Part shown: positions 17,624 through 26,124 of the stretch, piece after piece
Position numbering within the stretch: the stretch's first letter is position 1
Layout: the number at the start of each line of letters is the position of its first letter
Source of the DNA: Acidobacteriota bacterium
Lineage (GTDB): Bacteria > Acidobacteriota > Holophagae > Thermotomaculales > Thermotomaculaceae
Length of the DNA: 64,000 nt
Reading direction: 5' to 3'
Assembly: GCA_013151025.1 (NCBI GenBank)
Contig: JAADJC010000061.1
Span: 25,419-89,418, forward strand
Notes under the pieces: model-generated
Databases searched by the model: none
The model's input: only the letters and a program-made list of their open reading frames with translations
Told to the model about the DNA's origin: nothing
Made by a program: the position numbers and the translations under genes

Positions 17624-18790
17624 ATGTCACGATTCGGATTATTCGGGAAATTGGGTAAAAAAGACTGTAACAAATTGAAATTGAAGGGCGACAAGCAATT
17701 TTCAAAGGGAGAATTTTATCTCGCGCTGGTAGCCTACGAAGACGCTCTGGCTGTTTCCGACTGTCCTATGGAGGTTACAGTTCCGGTTCGGGAAAACATC
17801 CGAATTTGCAAAACAAAGCTCGCTTCCCACAATCTTAGTCTGGCACAGTCTCATTTTGACGCAAAAGATTTTGATACATCCGCAGATTTTGCCACCACCT
17901 GCCTGAATTACGCGGAAAACCCTGAGATTCGTGCTGCTGCGGAAGACATCCTCAACAAAATTGACGAGCATTATGACCAGTTCGAAGAAGTTTTCGGCCC
18001 GGATAAGGCGGAGCAGGAACTTCTCCCTGAGGACGACGATGCCTACGCCGAAATTCTCATTGAAAATTACCCACCCTTTATTCGGGAAGAGGTGGAAAAG
18101 AACAAAGCACTGAAACACGCCATGGCCGCGTTGAACCGACAGGATATGGAAGCGGGGAAAGCGATCCTGGAGATGGAAATTTCACCAGCCGCCCTCTACT
18201 TTCAGGCACTCTATCATTCCCTGAACAACGATGCCAAAACCGCCCTGGAAACCTTTCGCAGCCTTGCCGGAAAATACCCGGATTTACTGGACGATCAGCG
18301 CTGGGCAGAATTCGTCGAATTAATTGCCCGGGCCGAATCCGATGAGCCCATTGATGAAATTCTGGATGAACATCCTTCCCTGATTGTAATCCGTGCTGCC
18401 GCCACCCTCTACATGGCAAGAGGCGAAATGGACAAGGCGAAAGAGCTCCTCGAAGAAACAATGGAAGCCCTGCCCCCCCACCGTCCGGACCCGCAGATTA
18501 TTGCCCTCACCGGCATCTGGAATTTTCAAATGGAACACTTTGAAGATGCTGCGGAATATCTGACAAAATACAAAAACATAATGGCCATGCGCGGCCAATT
18601 CACATTGAGCCCGGAGTACGCTATTCCGCTGGCTGTCTCACTGGAAAAAACAGGGCAAAATGACGAGGCGCTGGAAATGGCACTCCATACCGCGAAAATC
18701 TACGGCATTCCCGAAGCTGTAGAACTGGCCCGCTCCCTTGCCGGCCGTTCCAGCCGGGAAGACCTGAAAAGACTTGCCGAAAAACTGTAG
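17624..18790 (+). CDS. TPR-repeat protein
   Basis: All-helical sequence with repeated TPR-like A/Y/L spacing. No signal peptide. Confidence 0.65.
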   Translation: MSRFGLFGKLGKKDCNKLKLKGDKQFSKGEFYLALVAYEDALAVSDCPMEVTVPVRENIRICKTKLASHNLSLAQSHFDAKDFDTSADFATTCLNYAENPEIRAAAEDILNKIDEHYDQFEEVFGPDKAEQELLPEDDDAYAEILIENYPPFIREEVEKNKALKHAMAALNRQDMEAGKAILEMEISPAALYFQALYHSLNNDAKTALETFRSLAGKYPDLLDDQRWAEFVELIARAESDEPIDEILDEHPSLIVIRAAATLYMARGEMDKAKELLEETMEALPPHRPDPQIIALTGIWNFQMEHFEDAAEYLTKYKNIMAMRGQFTLSPEYAIPLAVSLEKTGQNDEALEMALHTAKIYGIPEAVELARSLAGRSSREDLKRLAEKL

Positions 18791-18822
18791 AAAGAATGCA
18801 AGGTTAAGTAGAAGGCAAGATT

Positions 18823-18863
18823 AAGGTTGAGTCCGGATAAGATTCAGAAAAGGCGGGGAAAGA
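18823..18863 (+). repeat. AAGGTTGAGT module copy
   Basis: AAGGTTGAGTCCGGATAAGATTCAGAAAAGGCGGGGAA. By eye, roughly 80 percent identical to the reverse complement of 53581-53613. Confidence 0.7.
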
Positions 18864-18907
18864 CAGGACATCAGTTATTAGGCACCCATTGCTGACTCTT
18901 TGATTTT

Positions 18908-18951
18908 ACAAATCACAAGTCACTATTCACAAATCACTGCAGCGTTGCTGC
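18908..18951 (-). repeat. Gene-end hairpin plus 4 heptads
   Basis: GCAGC-GTT-GCTGC (18939-18951) encodes the last codons of the TPR gene. AGTGATT TGTGAAT AGTGACT TGTGATT follow, and the stop TGA is part of the first heptad. Confidence 0.75.
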
Positions 18952-20268
18952 CTCCGGCAGCAACGCGTTTAATTTCCTGCAAGCTTTTTCATCTTTGCAT
19001 TGTTCACACAGCATTTTAAGCGCGTCTTTCTGCAGCGGATCAAGATAAAGCACCTTCTGTAAAGCGTCAATGGCTTCTTTTTTTGAACCGGATTTGAGTG
19101 CCTGGACCGCCTTTGCCATGTACAATTCCTTGATTTCCTTCAGGTCCAACGCTGCGTTTGTTCCCTGCTCTCCATTGCTGAACTGATAAAAGGACACAAT
19201 ATCCGCTTTCTCCTGATTTTTCCTTTTTTCTTCCGTTTCATCAGTGCAAAGGGGATGGGTACAATTACATTTTTCGCAACAGAAACGGGCAAGCAGTTTC
19301 GCCTCGCCTGTGATACGGAAAGAGGATATGTAGCTGCTCAGCGTATTCAGCGCATCACCCCATTTTTTCTGCCCTGCATCAACTACCGCACGGTCAAATA
19401 TGACCACCGGCTCTGTTTTCCCACTATCACCTGGAAGTGAGTCCAGAAATGCCGCAGCTTCCACTGGATGTTGCAACGCAACGAGACATCCCGCCACATT
19501 TACTACCGATGCCGTGTTTCGCCTGAACTTCAAGGTCTGAAGAAAGAAGATGAGGCCATCCGCATAGTTCTCAAGCTGCACACAGCACATTCCTGAAAGA
19601 AAAAGCCCATGGGAATCCGTCTCAGGGAGTCGTTTCAGGTATACAAGCGCCATTTCAAAGTGGCCGGTATCAAAGAGCAGGTTCCCCAGATTGCGGTTCA
19701 ACGATTCGTTTTCGGTCACCTTCCCGGCCAACTCGGCAATTTCTTTAAAATCACTGTTTACAACGGCCCGAAGCATCCCTCTGACATAGGCCTCAAACCG
19801 ATGTCCGGTGAAAGTTTGGGGATAGGGATATTTCCCACCGATTTCCTCCCGGATGAAAGGTGCAAGGTTGGCCGGAAAACCAGCCATTTCAACTGTACAC
19901 TTCCCTGTCTTTTGAGTCAGTTTATCTATTTCATACCGGGTAAATTCAATTAAAATCTTGTTCTCAGAAACTTTAAAACTGCCGGTCAACAGATTGTCCG
20001 CCTTCAGCTTCTGCGCAATAATAATACGGGTTGCCAGCGTCAGATTGCCTGTGTCCGGCACATCCATGCTGTCAACAATGTCCAGACGTTCCGCCAGTGG
20101 AACGCCGTTCAAGCTGTCTTCAAACAATGCCTCCAGCCCATAGCCCAACCATTCAACGGTACTGTCGGCAGAACGATTTTCAAAGGGGAATACAACCGTT
20201 TTCCCCTGCGCCTGCAAAAGAGAAGCCGTGAAAAACAACAGAATCGCAAAACTACTCGCTTTCTTCAT
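18934..20268 (-). CDS. Secreted TPR-repeat protein
   Basis: ATG 20268 gives the signal peptide MKKASSFAILLFFTASLLQAQG. TPR-like helices. Cys-rich patch CCEKCNCTHPLC. Confidence 0.65.
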   Translation of the reverse strand: MKKASSFAILLFFTASLLQAQGKTVVFPFENRSADSTVEWLGYGLEALFEDSLNGVPLAERLDIVDSMDVPDTGNLTLATRIIIAQKLKADNLLTGSFKVSENKILIEFTRYEIDKLTQKTGKCTVEMAGFPANLAPFIREEIGGKYPYPQTFTGHRFEAYVRGMLRAVVNSDFKEIAELAGKVTENESLNRNLGNLLFDTGHFEMALVYLKRLPETDSHGLFLSGMCCVQLENYADGLIFFLQTLKFRRNTASVVNVAGCLVALQHPVEAAAFLDSLPGDSGKTEPVVIFDRAVVDAGQKKWGDALNTLSSYISSFRITGEAKLLARFCCEKCNCTHPLCTDETEEKRKNQEKADIVSFYQFSNGEQGTNAALDLKEIKELYMAKAVQALKSGSKKEAIDALQKVLYLDPLQKDALKMLCEQCKDEKACRKLNALLPEAATLQ

Positions 20269-21193
20269 CCGTTGCGACCGTTCCAAAAATCATTTTCCCT
20301 GCCGGATTCTGCAATATACTGGTAATTTTTGTTTGAACTCGATCCCCGATATATTGTTCACCGCCGTCTATTACCACCATTGTGCCATCATCAAGATACC
20401 CAATGCCCTGATCGTCTTCCTTACCCTTTTTGATAATATGAATAGACATGGTTTCACCCGGCAAGGCAACCGGTTTCAGAGCATTGGCCAGTTCATTGAT
20501 ATTCAGAACCTCAATTTCCTCCAGTGAGGCTACCCGGTTCAACGTATAATCGTTGGTTACAATCTTCGCGTTCAGCTTCTTTGCCAGGGAGATGATTCGC
20601 TGATCCACGTCCATTTCCTGGGGAAAATCAATTTCACAGACCTTGAACAGGACGCTTTTCATATTCTGCAATTTTCGGATAAGTTCCAATGCGTGTGCAG
20701 CCCGTTGTTGTTTCAGTTCTTTTCCCGTTTCATAAATTCTTTGAATCTGTTTCAGTACAAAACGCGGTACGAGAATAGTTCCGTCCAGAAAACCGGTTTC
20801 CACAAGATCCAGAATCCGGCCATCCATTAAAATTGAAGCATCCAGAATTTTTTTACATTTTATATTATCAGGAGAATTCAGCAATCCGGGAAAAGCCTCT
20901 CTCGGCCCCGACGGCATCAACATGGCAGAAACAACCGCAAGATAACCCGCGCCAATCAGAATGAAATAACGATTCACCCCTGCAACACCTGACACGAGAA
21001 TCACTACCCAGGCCACAACGGCGAATACCAGCAGTGACATAAGAAATCCATTGATATTCTCCCTCATAAACCGTGAAAACAAGCAGTCTGATATTGCCAG
21101 CACTGCAATAAGGGTTACGGCAAAAACAAAATTTTTCGAAAATACCGAAAAAACCAACACACAAAGATAAAAAAATAACTTTAAATAAACCAT
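20252..21193 (-). CDS. Membrane-anchored PIN + TRAM domain protein (YacL-like)
   Basis: ATG 21193 has a GGAGG SD. Four N-terminal TM helices, a PIN-like core (ILDASILMDGRI...VPRFVL) and a C-terminal TRAM-like beta domain. Confidence 0.75.
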   Translation of the reverse strand: MVYLKLFFYLCVLVFSVFSKNFVFAVTLIAVLAISDCLFSRFMRENINGFLMSLLVFAVVAWVVILVSGVAGVNRYFILIGAGYLAVVSAMLMPSGPREAFPGLLNSPDNIKCKKILDASILMDGRILDLVETGFLDGTILVPRFVLKQIQRIYETGKELKQQRAAHALELIRKLQNMKSVLFKVCEIDFPQEMDVDQRIISLAKKLNAKIVTNDYTLNRVASLEEIEVLNINELANALKPVALPGETMSIHIIKKGKEDDQGIGYLDDGTMVVIDGGEQYIGDRVQTKITSILQNPAGKMIFGTVATDEESE

Positions 21194-21301
21194 TTCGTGA
21201 CCTCCGGTCTCACTTTGGTTTACTATAACGGATAAAGGCATGGAATTGCAACCTATCTTGTGATAGAATGTATTGGTTACTTTTTTGTAAAGGAGCAGCA
21301 G

Positions 21302-22345
21302 ATGAGCAAAATTTCAAGGATTCAAATCTACGATAAACTGGATACCATTCAAATTCCCGGAACCGACATCAGCCCGATTAAATTCAAGGGCGTCAAGGGC
21401 CTGGACATTGGCGAAGACGGCAATGTGGAAGTACGGATTGAACTCCCGTCTCAGGCAAAGGGCCACGAGGAGGGCTTTGAGAAAGCGGTAAAAGACGTGC
21501 TGATGACAGTGGAAGGGGTTCAAACCGTGGCAGTCACCCTGAAGGTACAAGACAAGGCCTACGGACAGGTGGAACAGCAGAACCTCCTGCCCAATGTAAC
21601 GCACCCGATTCTGGTTGGAAGCGGTAAGGGCGGTGTCGGGAAATCAACCGTCACGGTAAACCTTGCCGTTGCACTGGCAAAAGCGGGATATCGTGTCGGC
21701 CTGATGGATGCCGACCTCTACGGCCCGTCCATACCCACAATGTTTGCCATTCATGAACAGCCGTTGAGCAACGAAAAGGGCCAGATTATTCCATTTGAAA
21801 AACAGGGCGTAAAACTAATTTCCATCGGATTCCTGCTGGAAGATGACTCGCCGGTTCTATGGCGGGGTCCCCTGCTCCATAAAGCCATTCAGCAGTTCAT
21901 GAAAGACGTGGATTGGGGTGAGCTGGACTTCCTCCTCATTGACCTTCCCCCCGGAACCGGTGACGTTCAGCTTTCCGTAGCCCAGAGCACCAGGGTGTCT
22001 GGCGCAATTGCCGTAAGTACACCCCAGGATGTCGCATTAATTGACGTGAAAAAAGCCATCACAATGTTCCGAAAACTCCAAATACCGCTTCTCGGTGTTG
22101 TGGAAAATATGAGCTATTTCAGATGCACGGATTGCGGCCATATCCACCACATCTTCGGCGGCAACACCACGATGGATACCGGGGACAAACTGGCAGCAGA
22201 AGTGCTGGGGAAAATTCCCATCACGGTTGCAATCCGGGAAGGCGGAGACGACGGTGTACCCGTTATGATATTGTCACCGGAATCAGAAGCCGCAACAGTT
22301 TTTAATTCCATTGCCAAAAAGATTGCCGAACGGCTCCAGTCATAA
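21302..22345 (+). CDS. apbC: Fe-S cluster carrier ATPase Mrp/ApbC/NBP35 family
   Basis: AAGGAG SD. N-terminal DUF59-like domain, deviant Walker A GSGKGGVGKST, and a CxxC (CTDCGH) cluster-binding motif. Confidence 0.9.
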   Translation: MSKISRIQIYDKLDTIQIPGTDISPIKFKGVKGLDIGEDGNVEVRIELPSQAKGHEEGFEKAVKDVLMTVEGVQTVAVTLKVQDKAYGQVEQQNLLPNVTHPILVGSGKGGVGKSTVTVNLAVALAKAGYRVGLMDADLYGPSIPTMFAIHEQPLSNEKGQIIPFEKQGVKLISIGFLLEDDSPVLWRGPLLHKAIQQFMKDVDWGELDFLLIDLPPGTGDVQLSVAQSTRVSGAIAVSTPQDVALIDVKKAITMFRKLQIPLLGVVENMSYFRCTDCGHIHHIFGGNTTMDTGDKLAAEVLGKIPITVAIREGGDDGVPVMILSPESEAATVFNSIAKKIAERLQS

Positions 22346-22389
22346 TATAATGGCAATTCACCATCATTGTCATTGAAATGATGGCAAAT

Positions 22390-22487
22390 GGAAGCGAATG
22401 GGGGCTGGTGTCTCCCCCGGTCTTCAAAACCGGTGGGCCTTTGCGGAAGTAAAGGTCGGTGGGTTCGATTCCCACACGCTTCCGCCA
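22390..22487 (+). tRNA. selC: tRNA-Sec (anticodon TCA), CCA encoded
   Basis: GGAAGCG.../...CGCTTCC-G-CCA acceptor. 6-bp D stem with a 4-nt TGGT loop. Anticodon loop CTTCAAA. Long variable arm (GGCCTTT...AAAGGTC). T arm GTGGG-TTCGATT-CCCAC. 98 nt. Confidence 0.85.
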
Positions 22488-22514
22488 TTCCCGACCGCAG
22501 GGGCCGGAGAGAGC

Positions 22515-22531
22515 GCAAGTGCGAGTGCGAG
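22515..22531 (+). repeat. GCAAGTGCGAGTGCGAG 17-mer
   Basis: Identical 17-mer at 63854-63870. Confidence 0.7.
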
Positions 22532-22657
22532 AAGGGAAAAAAGAGAAAGAACAGTAAATTCCCTCTCATGCATTCACACGTACTGCTCTGCATACAAAAA
22601 CAACAATAAATAAAAGAAGAACGGCCAATTTGTTACTGAATAGGATAGAAGAAAAAA

Positions 22658-22734
22658 TGGGGTGGGCGAGGAGGCTTGAACTCCCGACCACTGGAGCCAC
22701 AATCCAGTGCTCTACCAACTGAGCTACGCCCACC
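22658..22734 (-). tRNA. tRNA-His (GTG) with G-1
   Basis: The reverse complement is GGTGGGCGTAGCTCAGTTGGTAGAGC...CTGGATTGTGGCTCCAG...CGCCCACCCCA. Confidence 0.95.
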
Positions 22735-22752
22735 ACATGAGATGTCAAAGAA

Positions 22753-22829
<77 letters not shown>

Positions 22830-22847
22830 TCATGTCTTCGGGTCGAA

Positions 22848-22924
<77 letters not shown>

Positions 22925-22936
22925 AAGTCGGAGGGT

Positions 22937-22966
22937 ATAATACCACAGCGGAACTTTTCAAGTCAA
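22937..22966 (-). promoter_or_regulatory. Candidate promoter of the Pro-Arg-His tRNA cluster
   Basis: On the minus strand TTGACT-N18-TATTAT, ending 12 nt before the tRNA-Pro 5' end. Confidence 0.5.
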
Positions 22967-23005
22967 CCGATTTTATTCTGAACTTTCCTCTTAATTGTCT
23001 GGTAA

Positions 23006-24967
23006 TTAACCAATTCCAATCAAGCGCCCCACCTGGAAAATAAGAACGGCAAGCAGATACCCCAGCGTAACGCTGATTCCCACCGAAAGGGCGGCCCATT
23101 TTGTGCCAATTTCACGCCGGATAACAGCAATTGTTGCCACACATGGGATATAGACGAGGGTCATTACCATAAAGCTCATGGCAGACAGGGCGGAAAACTG
23201 GCTTCCGATGGCGGATGTCAGGGCGGTCTGGCCCCCGTACAGAACCCCGAAGGTGCCTACCACCACTTCTTTCGCCAGAAAACCGAAGATCAGGGCCACT
23301 GCCGCCTGCCAGGAGTCAAATCCCGCCGGATGGAAAATCGGGGCGACTGCGGAACCGATTCGGCCGATAACGCTCCCTGCAGAAGCATATTGAACACCCA
23401 CCGGAAGGCTGGCCAGTATCCAGATAACCAGCACGGTACCAAAGATAAATGTACCGGCCTTTTTGATGAAGAATGTCGTTCGAATTCCAGCGGAACGAGC
23501 TGCCGTTTTTAAAGAAGGGACATGATACGCAGGCAATTCCATCACCAATGGGGATACAGCTTTTGTAAAGAAAACCTTGCGCAGCACCCGGGCCACAAGA
23601 ATGGCAATGATAATACCCAGGAGATAGAGGCTGAACACCACAGTGGACTGGTAGCGGGTGAAGAAGATGCCGACGAAGAGCAGGTATACCGGCAGTCGCG
23701 CCGAACAGGACATGTAGGGAATTGCCAGGGCTGTCAGTACCCGGTCTTTTTCATTTTCCAGTGTCCGTACCGCCATCACCGCTGGAATATTACAGCCAAA
23801 TCCAAGGAGCATCGGGATAAAAGACTTACCATGAAGCCCCAGGGCGTGCATGAACCGGTCTGCCACAAAGGCTGCCCGGGAAAGATACCCGGAATCCTCC
23901 ATGATGGCAATCAGGAAAAATAGAATGAAAATGTTGGGAACAAATACCAGCACTGCCCCTACCCCGGAAATCAATCCTTCCCGGACAAAAGAGGTGAATA
24001 AGCCGGTACCCGGAATCAAAAAAGACAGGGCTTCAAATCCGGCATTGATCCAAGCCACAAAGGGATTCCCCACAGTAAAAACCAGGAAAAACAGCAGCCA
24101 CATGGCAAAGAGAAAGAGAGGCCCACCAAGGTATCGATTTGTGACGAATCGGTCAATTCTGTCAGTCAGCGCGACCTTCTGTTCAGTACTCATTCGCCGT
24201 TCCACGCACTCTTTGGCGATGGAGTATACAAATTCATAGCGCTTTTCCGCAATGAGTTCGTCCAGTTCCCCCGCCAGTTCCTCTTCAATTTTTCCCTGCA
24301 GCCCGGCCACGACTTGTCGGAGCTCGTCGTTATCCGGAATCACAATGCCGCTGTCCAGAATCCCCAGCGCCTGGAAGCGGGAAGCAGCCTCTTTCGGAAA
24401 CCGGTTCATCAGGGTTTCAACGGCGGTTTCCACCGGCTTTGGATAGGCCGGAAGGTGAACCGGTTTTTCCAGTTCGCCAACACCCTCCAGCACCTTCCAC
24501 AAATCGGAAACGCCCTTTCCTCTGGACGCAATGGTCTTCACAAAGGGAATGCCGAAAACAGCGGAAAGCCGGTCCGTGTGGAGCGTAATCCCCCGTTTTT
24601 CAGCCATATCTGTCATGTTCAACACCGGAATGACTTTCAGGCCCATTTCCATGACCAGCGTAAAGAGATAGAAATTCCGGTTGAAATTGGCTGAGTCCAG
24701 CACCACAATTACAGCATCGGGACGATCCTTCGTCAAAAAATCCATGGCAATCCGCTCGTCCTCGGACCGGGCGGAAATACCATAGGTTCCCGGAATATCA
24801 ACAAAAGTAAACGTGATATCACCACGAACAACCTTCCCTTCCTTTTTCTCCACTGTCACACCGGGCCAGTTCCCGACTTTCAAGTTTGAACCGGTCAACC
24901 GGTTAAACAGCGAAGTTTTGCCGCTGTTGGGATTCCCCGCCACCGCGACTACATAATTCCTGCCCAT
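23006..24967 (-). CDS. feoB: Ferrous iron transporter FeoB
   Basis: N-terminal G domain (GNPNSGKTSLFN, DIPG), then a polytopic permease with the typical FeoB gate motifs. Confidence 0.95.
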   Translation of the reverse strand: MGRNYVVAVAGNPNSGKTSLFNRLTGSNLKVGNWPGVTVEKKEGKVVRGDITFTFVDIPGTYGISARSEDERIAMDFLTKDRPDAVIVVLDSANFNRNFYLFTLVMEMGLKVIPVLNMTDMAEKRGITLHTDRLSAVFGIPFVKTIASRGKGVSDLWKVLEGVGELEKPVHLPAYPKPVETAVETLMNRFPKEAASRFQALGILDSGIVIPDNDELRQVVAGLQGKIEEELAGELDELIAEKRYEFVYSIAKECVERRMSTEQKVALTDRIDRFVTNRYLGGPLFLFAMWLLFFLVFTVGNPFVAWINAGFEALSFLIPGTGLFTSFVREGLISGVGAVLVFVPNIFILFFLIAIMEDSGYLSRAAFVADRFMHALGLHGKSFIPMLLGFGCNIPAVMAVRTLENEKDRVLTALAIPYMSCSARLPVYLLFVGIFFTRYQSTVVFSLYLLGIIIAILVARVLRKVFFTKAVSPLVMELPAYHVPSLKTAARSAGIRTTFFIKKAGTFIFGTVLVIWILASLPVGVQYASAGSVIGRIGSAVAPIFHPAGFDSWQAAVALIFGFLAKEVVVGTFGVLYGGQTALTSAIGSQFSALSAMSFMVMTLVYIPCVATIAVIRREIGTKWAALSVGISVTLGYLLAVLIFQVGRLIGIG

Positions 24968-24968
24968 G

Positions 24969-25193
24969 TCAAACTTCCCGAACCATGATTTTTATCGCCA
25001 TCCCGGTACCCAGCCCGATACGGCTTTCACCGTTACTCAGTATGAAAGGACTGCCTTTCGCCCCAGAACTGACCCGGTACCGGCACCCTTTCATTATGCC
25101 CAGTTCCCGAAGACGGTAACTGCAATTTCCACCACATCTGAAATCCAGCACTTCCACAAGACTGCCCGGTTCCACAAATGCCAACGGTACCAT
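24969..25193 (-). CDS. feoA: FeoA
   Basis: 74-aa SH3-like FeoA (LRELGIMKG...) immediately upstream of feoB. Confidence 0.85.
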   Translation of the reverse strand: MVPLAFVEPGSLVEVLDFRCGGNCSYRLRELGIMKGCRYRVSSGAKGSPFILSNGESRIGLGTGMAIKIMVREV

Positions 25194-25892
25194 TTAGTTC
25201 CCCCTCACAATCACAGTTTCCGCTTCGTCCTTTCTCAGCGTCAGCACGTACCCCTGGATTAGAATCTCAATGGGAAATCCCAAAGGGCCACGATTTCGTA
25301 TTTCCACCGACTCTCCGGGGATTACCCCCATATCCAACAACCGGCGCTTCACTTCCCGTGATCCATCCAGTTTTAGAATTGTGCAAATGATTCCATCTTT
25401 TACCGCACTGAGGGATTGCGTTTCGCTTTTTTCATCCAGCTTGTCCTTGTCCTTCCCAAGAATTGGCTTCTCCTTCCGAAATTTCCGAAACTCATCCTGA
25501 ATATCAACTCCCTTATCCTTTTTTGCAGTAAGAAAACTGAAAAAATCTTTCATAGCCGCCACTGTCTCAGATGAAATCGAGTGCTCCATTCCACATGCAT
25601 CCGATGAAGCGATATCATCCGGCACGCCGAGAACGAACCGAAGAAAACGATAGCCGGTCTTGTGACGGTCATACACGTCCAGAGCCCGTTCCATTCCCTT
25701 TTCCGAGAGGGTTACGGCGCCGTGCTTCTGATAATGGACAAACCCCTTCTCTTTCAACAGTTTCAATGCTGAAATCACTGAAGGGGTGCGAATGCCGAAT
25801 TCCTTCGCAATATCAGAGCTCTTTATCCGCTCCAGTTTCAGAGAAAGCATGTAAATTCTCTCCAGATAGTCTTCCGCAGTATGGGTCAGCAT
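25194..25892 (-). CDS. DtxR/MntR-family metal-dependent repressor with C-terminal FeoA-like domain
   Basis: EDYLERIY, wHTH, a metal-site region (DACGMEHSIS) and a C-terminal FeoA/SH3-like domain (RRLLDMGVIPG). Confidence 0.85.
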   Translation of the reverse strand: MLTHTAEDYLERIYMLSLKLERIKSSDIAKEFGIRTPSVISALKLLKEKGFVHYQKHGAVTLSEKGMERALDVYDRHKTGYRFLRFVLGVPDDIASSDACGMEHSISSETVAAMKDFFSFLTAKKDKGVDIQDEFRKFRKEKPILGKDKDKLDEKSETQSLSAVKDGIICTILKLDGSREVKRRLLDMGVIPGESVEIRNRGPLGFPIEILIQGYVLTLRKDEAETVIVRGN

Positions 25893-25917
25893 TTCGCCAC
25901 CTCCTTGTCCGCCTCAC

Positions 25918-25946
25918 ATATTATAGGTCTCCCTATTTTTTGTCAA
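25918..25946 (-). promoter_or_regulatory. Promoter of dtxR-feoAB with a palindromic operator in the spacer
   Basis: On the minus strand TTGACA-N17-TAATAT. The spacer contains the inverted repeat ATAGG-N4-CCTAT (25923-25936). Confidence 0.55.
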
Positions 25947-26051
25947 GGGAAACTTATAAAAAAATCCTTTTTCAGGGGAGTGAGTGTTTCTACCAGAAGG
26001 TGCAACCTTATAAATTGTTTGCAAGTTAATAAACATTTCTGGATTTTTACG

Positions 26052-26091
26052 TTGACAAGCCGTGGGGAAGTCGTTATTTTAGGTCTGCCTA
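26052..26091 (+). promoter_or_regulatory. Promoter of the porin-like gene with a DtxR-box-like operator over -10/+1
   Basis: TTGACA-N17-TATTTT followed by TAGGTCTGCCTA (26080-26091). TTAGGTCTGCCTAC matches 11 of 14 positions of the left part of the recalled DtxR/IdeR consensus TTAGGTTAGCCTAA. Confidence 0.5.
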
Positions 26092-26124
26092 CTTTTATAG
26101 GAAAAGGCATTTTTAGGAGGCTAT

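Noticed and set aside
22361-22384. Hairpin CCATCATT-N8-AATGATGG after apbC as an intrinsic terminator
   Set aside because: It is an AT-rich 8-bp stem with no following U-tract. It could equally be part of the tRNA-Sec promoter region. It is left unannotated.
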